Assembly: GCA_043826455.1 (NCBI GenBank)
Contig: JBDRQD010000005.1
Coordinates: 1 to 15,435, forward strand
From: Candidatus Bathyarchaeota archaeon
GTDB lineage: Archaea > Thermoproteota > Bathyarchaeia > TCS64
DNA length: 15,435 nucleotides
Reading direction: 5' to 3'
Of this stretch, positions 4,973-12,405 are shown piece by piece. How positions within the stretch are numbered: position 1 is the stretch's first letter; every line of letters starts with the position of its first letter. The notes beneath the pieces are model-generated. The model was not told the origin of the DNA. It was given only the letters and a program-made list of their open reading frames with translations, and searched no databases. A program made the translations under genes and the position numbers.

Positions 4973-6130
4973 ATGTCGACGCAGAAAAGGGTCATTATAT
5001 GCACGGGGGCCCCCGGCAACGGCCGCGACGAGATGCTACAGCAGCTGAGGGAGAAGGCCCACTTCGGCTACCACCACCTCTTCAGGTACATAGTTGAGGA
5101 GGCCAGGCTGGACGGCACAAACCTCAGCAAGATCAACATCCTGGACTTCTACGACAGCCAGCCGGAGAAGATGGAGCAGCTCAGGAAGCGCGCCATCCAG
5201 AAGATCGTCCAAGAGATCAACAAGGCCGGGGGCGTCCACATCGTCAGCACCCCCATCCACTTCGAGTGGAAGGGCAACAGGTTCCAGGGCCTCCTAGAGG
5301 ACGAGGCCAGGCAGCTGAACCCCGACATGTTCATCATAGTATTCGACGACTTCGTCCGCGTCCGCCGCCGCCTCCTGGAGGACGCCCAGTGGCAGGGCCA
5401 CAAGTACACCCTGGGGGAAATAGCCAACTGGAGGCGCGAGGAGGTGAACGGCGTCTACAGGCTGGCCGAGGCCTTCACGCCCCGCCGGGAGATACAGCTG
5501 GTGGCCTACGAGAACGGCCCGGACATCCTGCGGGACCTGGTGTATAAGCCGAGCAAGGAGACGGTGTACCTGAGCCACCCCATCACGGGGGAGGGCCCAG
5601 AGTTCTTCAAACAGATAAACAAGTTTCTGGATAGCCTCAAGGAGTACTACGTCGTATACGACCCCTACCTCATCAAGGACTGGGACATCGTGGAGCAGTG
5701 GAGGGACGCCGTCAACGAGACCATCGACGCTGACGGCGAGCTGCCTGAGACCTTCACCTTCAGGATGACCTACAAGGAGGGGCCCATGGAGGAGGAGTTC
5801 GACATCCGGGAGGTGGAGACGGCCATCAAGAACCTCAGGTTCCAGATCATCGACAGCGACTACAAGATCATCGAGAACAGCGACATGACGGTGGTCTACC
5901 ATCCCCGGAAGAGCATATCGGCGGGCGTCATGTGCGAGATGGTGTACGCCAAGGCCCTGGCCAAGCTGGTTTACGCGTACTACCCCTACGAGCCGAGCCC
6001 CTTCTTCGAGTGGTACGCCACCCGCATCTTCACGGACCCCGACGAGATGAGGGACTTCCTCATCAAGGAGTCGAAGATGACAGGGCAGAGGCCCCTCGAC
6101 TTCTTCAGCCAGCCCCCTGCGAGAGATTGA
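4973..6130 (+). CDS. Fusion of an archaeal AdkA-like nucleoside monophosphate kinase domain and a nucleoside 2-deoxyribosyltransferase/nucleotide N-hydrolase (NDT/Rcl/MilB fold) domain
   Basis: The N-terminal half has RVIICTGAPGNGRD (variant P-loop) and IVSTPIHF...FQGL...LNPDMFIIV, resembling AdkA (IVDTH...PGLP..L.PD.I). The C-terminal half has VYLSHPITG, VYDPY, DSDYKIIENSDMTVVY and SAGVMCEMVYA (NDT catalytic-Glu motif). A TATA TTTATTAA lies at 4913-4920. Confidence 0.75.
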   Translation: MSTQKRVIICTGAPGNGRDEMLQQLREKAHFGYHHLFRYIVEEARLDGTNLSKINILDFYDSQPEKMEQLRKRAIQKIVQEINKAGGVHIVSTPIHFEWKGNRFQGLLEDEARQLNPDMFIIVFDDFVRVRRRLLEDAQWQGHKYTLGEIANWRREEVNGVYRLAEAFTPRREIQLVAYENGPDILRDLVYKPSKETVYLSHPITGEGPEFFKQINKFLDSLKEYYVVYDPYLIKDWDIVEQWRDAVNETIDADGELPETFTFRMTYKEGPMEEEFDIREVETAIKNLRFQIIDSDYKIIENSDMTVVYHPRKSISAGVMCEMVYAKALAKLVYAYYPYEPSPFFEWYATRIFTDPDEMRDFLIKESKMTGQRPLDFFSQPPARD

Positions 6131-6186
6131 AAAATTTCTAATTTTATATATTCATCGTGCATTACTTGTAAAAGGGGTTTGCCAAG

Positions 6187-7074
6187 TTGAGTGTTTTTCT
6201 CGTGACTTTCGTGGGGATGAAGGTCGATATGGATAGCTTGGTATTGATGAAAGCCCTCCAGAAAAGAGGCATTAAAAGCCGCAGTGTCGCATGGGATGAC
6301 CCCAAGGTTGACTGGGCTGAGCCAGACCTGTGTATTGTTAAGAGTGCAAGCAACTATGGGTTAAACCCGAAACTATTCATACAGTGGATGAAAAAAGTTG
6401 AATCTAAAACCCGCCTCTGGAACAGCGCAAAACTGATGGAGTGGAACCACGACAAACACTATCTTCAGGAACTTGAAGCTAAGGGTATCCCAATTCCACC
6501 AACCGTCTTCATCGAAAAGGAGTCGGAGGAGAGCCTCAGCAACCACTTGAGAGACATCAACTGGAGCGAGATTGTAATTAAGCCTACAATATCCGTAGGA
6601 AGCTTCGGTTTAAAACGTTTCAAAGCGGATTCCCCCGAAGCAGAGAACTACCTGAAAGAGTTGACAAAGAAGGGCTTCTCGCAGGAGTTTATGGGAGACA
6701 CATATACGTTCCCCCCAAGCGACGCCATTGCTCAACAGTATCTTCCAGAGATAGTGCATGGAGAAGTTTCCCTACTCTACTTCGGCGGCAAGTTCAGCCA
6801 CGCAGTCATGAAGAAGGCGAGGGCGGGCGACTTCCGCTCACACCCACTATGGGGAGCCACTGTTGAGAGGCATGAACCTTCCACAGAGGAGTTGAGGGTT
6901 GGTGAACATGTGCTGGACTCCATGGATTCCACAGAGTATGCACGGCTTGACATGGTGAATACATCTAAAGGTCCGCTCATCATCGAAGTGGAGCTGATTG
7001 AACCATTCCTCTTCTTCGACATGTACCCTGAGACAGCTGAGGTTTTCGCTGACCATATTAAAATGTCCCTATAA
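6187..7074 (+). CDS. ATP-grasp ligase (RimK/glutathione synthetase-like, DcsG-like subgroup)
   Basis: Shows AL.KRGI....AWDDPKVDW, WNHDKHYLQEL...GIPIPPT, IVIKPTISVGS, QQYLPEI..GEVSL, FSHAVMK..GDFR, YARLDMV and IEVELIEP. TTG start with AGGGGT SD and a TTTTATATA TATA box at 6142-6150. Confidence 0.88.
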   Translation: MSVFLVTFVGMKVDMDSLVLMKALQKRGIKSRSVAWDDPKVDWAEPDLCIVKSASNYGLNPKLFIQWMKKVESKTRLWNSAKLMEWNHDKHYLQELEAKGIPIPPTVFIEKESEESLSNHLRDINWSEIVIKPTISVGSFGLKRFKADSPEAENYLKELTKKGFSQEFMGDTYTFPPSDAIAQQYLPEIVHGEVSLLYFGGKFSHAVMKKARAGDFRSHPLWGATVERHEPSTEELRVGEHVLDSMDSTEYARLDMVNTSKGPLIIEVELIEPFLFFDMYPETAEVFADHIKMSL

Positions 7075-7227
7075 TAAAGGTCGTCTAATCAACTCGCTAG
7101 ATGGAGCCACATGGTGTCATCCATCTTGTTCTATTCCTTGCTGCTTCTAAATAGCCTTCCTCAGAGCCGTGGCTGCCCAAACAGTACAACGAAGCAGGAG
7201 GAGGGAATAACATTATTGATGGTTTCT

Positions 7228-8064
7228 CTAGGGTTTCCTGCCTGCGCATAATATGTAGCCTATGTACCTGCTAGCCACCTTATCCCGCAGCAGCACACTC
7301 TTACCCTTACTGATCTTGCCGAAGCGCTCCCGCATCTTGCCGCTCCTCACCTCTAGGACCAGCAAATCCCATAGAGTTCCCATGAGCTTGCCCCACCCCC
7401 CGAACTCGTCCACCATGTTCAACGCATAAGGTTTCTCAGAGACGTTGGAGTGCTCCTCCACCACAACCTCGGTGAACCCAGCGGACTCGAATGCTGAGCC
7501 CCAGGTCAAGGGGCTGCGCAGCGTGAAGGGCAGGTCCGTGAGCTCCCTGAACACCCTCTCACCGTAATCGACTCGATCTGTGGCTTCCGGGGGCACATGG
7601 TCGGCCCTGTACATCTCGTTGATGCCCAGGCACCCGCCCGGCTTGAGAACACGCAAGAACTCGGGGAAGGCTCTGGCTGGGTCGAGGAACTGGGACACGA
7701 ACACGGTGAGCACCGCGTCGAAGCCATCGTCCGGGAACTCCAGGCTGTAGGCGTCCCCTACCCTGAAGCTGACCCGGTCGGTGAGGCCCAGCTCGTCGGC
7801 CCTCCTCTGGGCATACTCCACCATGTGCTCGGCTATGTCCACACCTACAACGCTGCACCCGTACCTGTTGGCCAGGTAGCAGGCGTTACCCCCCGTACCG
7901 CAGCCCACCTCCAGGACCTTGGTGTTCTCCGTTATGTGGCAGAGCTCGGCAAGCCTGTCCATGCTGGCCGCGCCGCCTATGTTGAAGAAGGGGACCCCCA
8001 TGTATCCCATGAAGTCGTAGTAGCCTAGGCCCTCGATCTCCTTGAGGGTTAACGATCTGGACAT
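7228..8064 (-). CDS. Class I SAM-dependent methyltransferase (Methyltransf_11-like)
   Basis: Motif I VLEVGCGTG, VVGVDI, GDAYSLEFPDDGFDAV and LRVLKPGG. The start is placed at ATG 8064, with an AGGTGA SD and a TTATAA TATA at 8093-8098. Confidence 0.92.
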   Translation of the reverse strand: MSRSLTLKEIEGLGYYDFMGYMGVPFFNIGGAASMDRLAELCHITENTKVLEVGCGTGGNACYLANRYGCSVVGVDIAEHMVEYAQRRADELGLTDRVSFRVGDAYSLEFPDDGFDAVLTVFVSQFLDPARAFPEFLRVLKPGGCLGINEMYRADHVPPEATDRVDYGERVFRELTDLPFTLRSPLTWGSAFESAGFTEVVVEEHSNVSEKPYALNMVDEFGGWGKLMGTLWDLLVLEVRSGKMRERFGKISKGKSVLLRDKVASRYIGYILCAGRKP

Positions 8065-8251
8065 TCTTTCACCTAGAATGCTCGCAGGGCGATTATAACA
8101 TGTGCTCAAGACGAAGTCTTGAAAAATACGAGGGATGTTTGGACGCCAATAGTTACTCTAGCTGCATCCAGGGCAGCGCCACGGTCCTGTCCGGGTAATA
8201 GGGTACTCCGGGATTTTATCGATCGCATGCATAATAGTGTAAACCAGTTGC

Positions 8252-8821
8252 CTAGAACTGTACGCCCTTTCTGGAAATGAAGGAGGCAGGGGCTTTAACC
8301 TCCCTGACCTCGTTGACGAAGTCCGCCCTGTTGATGAGCTCCTGGGGGGCGTATCTGCCCGTTAAGACAGCGTCAGTTTTCTCAGGTAGACCATCTAGGA
8401 CGTCGATCAATTTTACGGGATCAACGATTCCTAAGTGAGCGGCGAGGCATACCTCGTCAAGGATGAGCAGCTCTGGCGGATTCCTTGACGCGAGCACTCT
8501 CTCCGTGTAGTCTAATGCTTTGTTTGCTGCTTCCTTATCCCTGTCGTCGACGCTACGTACATTCGCCGTGAAGCCGCCTGCACTGACTTCACGTTCTGCG
8601 CCTGATGTGATCCAGCCGGGTCTTCCAAACTGTCTAATCTCGTAAAGAGGCTTGAGCCTGTCCCTGATCCTGTACTCCCCTGTCTCCTCCCAGTGTTTAA
8701 GGAACTGTACGACGACAACGCGGTGACCATGGCCTAGAGATCGTAGGGCCAGTCCCAGAGAGGCAGCGGTCTTACCTCCGCCAGTACCAAAGTAAAGATA
8801 CACGTGACCCACTGTTGTCAC
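8252..8821 (-). CDS. cobO: ATP:cob(I)alamin/cob(I)yrinate adenosyltransferase (CobA/CobO/BtuR family)
   Basis: Shows VYLYFGTGGGKTAASLGLALRSLGHG.RVVVVQFLK, LLILDE, VLTGRYAP.ELI.RAD.V.E and RKGVQF. GTG 8821 overlaps the nrdJ TGA (GTGA, 4 nt); GTG 8812 is an alternative start. Confidence 0.92.
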   Translation of the reverse strand: MTTVGHVYLYFGTGGGKTAASLGLALRSLGHGHRVVVVQFLKHWEETGEYRIRDRLKPLYEIRQFGRPGWITSGAEREVSAGGFTANVRSVDDRDKEAANKALDYTERVLASRNPPELLILDEVCLAAHLGIVDPVKLIDVLDGLPEKTDAVLTGRYAPQELINRADFVNEVREVKAPASFISRKGVQF

Positions 8822-10953
8822 CCGCAGACTTCGCATCCCTTTGTGGGGCGGCCTCCAGCGTACTCGGCGTCAGCTGTGGTCACATTGTCCTCGCCTTGTG
8901 GCTCTCCGAGATTGAGAACCTGCTCACCTTTACTACCGTACCGATAGACGGTGACGCCCTTACATTGAAGTTTGTAGGCGAGCATGAAAACTTCCTCCAC
9001 ATCGCCCAGGCTCGCGTCCTCAGGGAGGTTAACGGTCTTTGATACGGCGTTCTCCGTGAACTTCTGGAAGGCGGCCTGCATCTTGACGTGCCATGCTGGG
9101 GCGATTTCATGAGCGGTGACGAATGTTCTGCGGATGTCACGGGGGACGCCCTTGATGTCCCTGAGGTTGCCGCGTCTGACGATCTTCTTGAGGACCTCAC
9201 TGCTGTAGAAGCCCTTCTCCTTGGCCATCCTCTCGAATATGGGGTGGAGCTCAAATAGGCGGGTGCCGTCGAGGACGTGGCGCATGAAGGCCACCGCGAA
9301 CAAGGGCTCGATACCCGAGGAGCAGCCCGCGATGATGCTTATGGTTCCGGTTGGGGCGATCGTGGTGGTCGTCGCGTTTCTACGCGCCACGTACCTTCCC
9401 TTCCATATGCTCTTCTCAAAGTTAGGGAAAGAGCCACGCTCAAGCCCGAGCTGCTCCGAGGCCTTCCCAGCCTCCTCTGTGACAAACTTGGCTACGCTTT
9501 CACCTATCTCAACCGCTTTCTCTGAGTCATAGGGGACGCCCATGAAAATCAGTAGGTCCGAGAAACCCATGACGCCGAGGCCTATCTTCCTGTTAGCCCT
9601 TGTTATGGCCTCCGTCTCCTTCAAAGGATATGGGTTGATGTCGATCACGTTATCGAGGAAGCGGACAGCTGTGTGAATAGTTCTCCTGAGCTTGTCCCAG
9701 TCTATGGTGTTATCCTCTTGGAGCATCTTTGAGAGGTTGATGCTGCCAAGGTTACACGATTCGTAGGGGAGGAGTGGTTGTTCGCCGCAGGGGTTAGTGG
9801 AATGTATGGCCCCCACCGATGGGGTGGGATTATGCCTGTTCACCTCGTCGATAAAGATGACTCCGGGGTCGCCGCTTCTCCAGGCGTTGTATATCAACCT
9901 TTCCCAAACGTATCTGGCGCTCAGCGTCCTTGCCACCAACTTGGTGCGAGGATTGATGAGGTTATAGTCTTGGTTGTTCTTTACTGCCTCCATGAAAGCG
10001 TCGGTGACTGCTACGCTTATGTTGAAATTGGTTAGAACGCCGGGCTGCGCTTTGGCGGTTATAAACTCCAGTATGTCGTGGTGGTCGACGCGGAGAACCG
10101 CCATCATAGCGCCCCTTCTTCTACCCCCTGCTTTGATAACCTCGGTCGCGGCGTCGAATATCTTCATGAAGCTCACGGGGCCTGACGCCACACCCATAGT
10201 TGTCTTGACGACGTCCCCAGCGTGACGTAGCTCACTGAAGTCGAAACCGACTCCGCCACCGCTCTGCTCTATTAGGGCCATGTTCTTTAGAGAAGTAAAG
10301 ATACCCTCGAGGGAGTCTTCGATGGGTAATACATAGCAGGCCGAGAGGCCAAAATTTGTGTCCGTCCCGGCGTTGAAGAGTGTAGGCGAATTGGGGAGAA
10401 ACTCGAGCCTACTCATAATTTTAAAAAACTCTTTCGCCTTCCCATCCACGTCGCCACCATACATTGTTTCCGCGCTGGCTACCGCCACAGCGACTCTCCA
10501 GAACATCTCAGTAGGGGTCTCGATCATTTCCCCTCGCTCGTTCCTAAGGAGGTACCTCTTCTCAAGGACCTCAATGGCGTTGACGGTGAGCTTCGGGGCG
10601 TCTAGGATACCCAGCTCGCCTCTGAGGGCCCTGAGTTCAGCTTTCCTCTCCCTGTAGGATTTATACTCAGACGAGACTCTTTCATAGCCCGTCTCTCTTA
10701 AGGTCTCAACAACAACGTCTTGAATGGTTTCGATGGAGATTATCTGCCCTTCGTAAAGCCTATCGAGTTTCTCAATGACGATACCCGAAATAGTGTTAGC
10801 GGTCTCATCGTTCTCACCCTCTACAGCGTAGAGGGCTTTGAAAATGGCGTTAGTTATCTTCTTTTTATCGAAATCTACTATCTTTCCGTCCCTTTTCCTG
10901 ACTTTCTTGACTGTACCAGTCAAAGATTTTTTCCTCGAGTTATCATCGATCAT
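8818..10953 (-). CDS. nrdJ: Adenosylcobalamin-dependent (class II) ribonucleotide reductase with N-terminal ATP-cone
   Basis: ATP-cone VRKRDGKIVDFDKKKI, FLPNSPTLFNAG, LSACYV, GGRRRGA, radical-site TNPCGEQ, ESCNLGS, APTGTIS, KGVTVYR and C-terminal CxxC (CEVC). No beta-subunit gene is nearby and the gene is adjacent to cobO. Confidence 0.95.
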   Translation of the reverse strand: MIDDNSRKKSLTGTVKKVRKRDGKIVDFDKKKITNAIFKALYAVEGENDETANTISGIVIEKLDRLYEGQIISIETIQDVVVETLRETGYERVSSEYKSYRERKAELRALRGELGILDAPKLTVNAIEVLEKRYLLRNERGEMIETPTEMFWRVAVAVASAETMYGGDVDGKAKEFFKIMSRLEFLPNSPTLFNAGTDTNFGLSACYVLPIEDSLEGIFTSLKNMALIEQSGGGVGFDFSELRHAGDVVKTTMGVASGPVSFMKIFDAATEVIKAGGRRRGAMMAVLRVDHHDILEFITAKAQPGVLTNFNISVAVTDAFMEAVKNNQDYNLINPRTKLVARTLSARYVWERLIYNAWRSGDPGVIFIDEVNRHNPTPSVGAIHSTNPCGEQPLLPYESCNLGSINLSKMLQEDNTIDWDKLRRTIHTAVRFLDNVIDINPYPLKETEAITRANRKIGLGVMGFSDLLIFMGVPYDSEKAVEIGESVAKFVTEEAGKASEQLGLERGSFPNFEKSIWKGRYVARRNATTTTIAPTGTISIIAGCSSGIEPLFAVAFMRHVLDGTRLFELHPIFERMAKEKGFYSSEVLKKIVRRGNLRDIKGVPRDIRRTFVTAHEIAPAWHVKMQAAFQKFTENAVSKTVNLPEDASLGDVEEVFMLAYKLQCKGVTVYRYGSKGEQVLNLGEPQGEDNVTTADAEYAGGRPTKGCEVCG

Positions 10954-11162
10954 GGTTGTATTAGAACCCCAACGTTTTTTCTTCTGGCGTTAAGCGAAGG
11001 AGAACACTCGTATTTCTAAACCTGTGACCGTTACACGGCTTGTTCGATGCCTTCTAACTATTCATATTACTGACGGAATATGGTTAAGAGCGTCTATTAT
11101 TCACCAAGAAACCGGAGAAGTTTTTATTACATGTTGTGCTTTATTGCGGAGATGGAGAATTC

Positions 11163-12302
11163 ATGGAAATGAACGGGAGAAAACTTCCCATAATAATTTT
11201 GGTGTCCCTGACACTTTTACTAATCGCAGTTATGCCCGCGAACGCGGAGGTTAAACCCATAGTGGTGGCCCACTCTAAGGGTGCCCTGGAGCCGGACCTC
11301 CAGCTGAAGGCTCTCATCAACTTGACCTACGTCGAGTGGAGGGTCGTGCTGGGTGTCCTGACTCCCGCCCACCTGAGCGGAGCGGACATGCTTATAATGA
11401 GCAAGAGCGACCCCGCCGCCGAGTATACGGCGGCTGAGCTCAACGCCATCGCCTCATGGTTCAGCCAGGGCGGCAAGACTCTATGGGTGGCCGCTGACGG
11501 CGACCAAGGGACAAGCCGACTTAGACAGCACACGGCCAATGAGGTGTTGGAGAAGGTAGGCAGCAAGCTCAGGATAGAAGACTGCTCCGTAGAGGATGTC
11601 ACCAGTAACGCTGGAACAGGCTACAGGGTCCTAGGCATCTCTACGAATGCTGATCCCATGTTCAGGTTCCTCGTCACTGGAGTTGAAAGAGCCCTCTTCC
11701 ACGCCCCATCCCTAGTGATCGGGTACACGGGTGGAGAGTACGTTGACCTCACCAGCGAGGACGTTGAGAACGTATACATTATCATGACTACGAGCGACGG
11801 CGGCGTAGTGATGGACAGCAGTGAGCCCGCCCCCAAAGTCATGGAGGCGGGCGCTGAGGGCAGCTTCCCGCTGATGGTCTTCGAGATCGACTGGGCCAAG
11901 AAGAACACAGTCATCGCCACAGGCGAGTCCCCCTTCGACCAGGACGAGGGAATGTACAAGCCCGAGCTACAAAACCCGGAGAGGTACGGTCCCACGGGCA
12001 GCTGGCAGCAGGGCGCGGTCCTCATGGAGAACATCCTCAAGTACGCCACAGTCTTCGGGGACGAGATCATGGGACTCCAGACAAACGTCTGGGGCAAAGA
12101 GACGACCATCACAGGCCTCACGGCCGACAAGACCAGCCTCCAGAGCCAGGTTAGCACCCTCACCACGGAGAAGAGCCAGCTCCAGGCAAACCTGACGGCG
12201 GCTCAGAGCGGCGCCACCATCATGCAGCTGGTGGCGGTGGCGGCCCTGGCCGTCGGCGTCGTCGTGGGTTACTTCGTGGGGCCCAGGATCAAGAAGCAGT
12301 GA
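11163..12302 (+). CDS. Secreted, C-terminally membrane-anchored protein with a GATase-like (DUF4350/GIFT-like) domain and coiled-coil stalk
   Basis: Signal peptide (RKLPIIILVSLTLLLIAVMPANA), ADMLIMSK...YTAAELNAIASWFSQGGKTLWVAAD, NEVLEKVGSKLR and VIATGES. Heptad repeats (ITGLTADKTSLQSQVSTLTTEKSQLQ) precede a C-terminal TM helix and basic tail (RIKKQ). Start at ATG 11163 (GGAG SD) or 11169. Confidence 0.75.
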   Translation: MEMNGRKLPIIILVSLTLLLIAVMPANAEVKPIVVAHSKGALEPDLQLKALINLTYVEWRVVLGVLTPAHLSGADMLIMSKSDPAAEYTAAELNAIASWFSQGGKTLWVAADGDQGTSRLRQHTANEVLEKVGSKLRIEDCSVEDVTSNAGTGYRVLGISTNADPMFRFLVTGVERALFHAPSLVIGYTGGEYVDLTSEDVENVYIIMTTSDGGVVMDSSEPAPKVMEAGAEGSFPLMVFEIDWAKKNTVIATGESPFDQDEGMYKPELQNPERYGPTGSWQQGAVLMENILKYATVFGDEIMGLQTNVWGKETTITGLTADKTSLQSQVSTLTTEKSQLQANLTAAQSGATIMQLVAVAALAVGVVVGYFVGPRIKKQ

Positions 12303-12322
12303 CCCCTTTTTTCCCTCCTTTC
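12303..12322 (+). terminator. Archaeal pyrimidine/T-tract terminator
   Basis: CCCCTTTTTTCCCTCCTTTC directly follows the TGA at 12300-12302. Confidence 0.55.
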
Positions 12323-12328
12323 ACTCGT

Positions 12329-12403
12329 TGACACCTCTCAACCCACGTCACCGATGGACATTAACGTGATATGGGTGTTATCCACATTAAAGGAGAGGTG
12401 TCA
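12329..12403 (+). promoter_or_regulatory. 11-bp perfect inverted repeat whose right arm is the SD of the CoA-transferase
   Basis: TGACACCTCTC (12329-12339) pairs with GAGAGGTGTCA (12393-12403); the ATG is at 12406. Inner pairings ACCCA/TGGGT and CACGT/ACGTG are also possible. Confidence 0.55.
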
Positions 12404-12405
12404 TT

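Noticed and set aside
8818..10953. Intein in NrdJ
   Set aside because: At 711 aa, with uninterrupted NPCGEQ and GGRRRGA motifs, it shows no intein N- or C-terminal signatures.
10954..11160. Cobalamin riboswitch upstream of nrdJ-cobO
   Set aside because: No B12-box or conserved aptamer elements are visible, and the region is short and shared with a divergent promoter.
12107..12195. Tandem ~42-nt similarity near the end of the surface-protein gene
   Set aside because: It is explained by coiled-coil heptad repeats in the encoded protein and is not a separate element.
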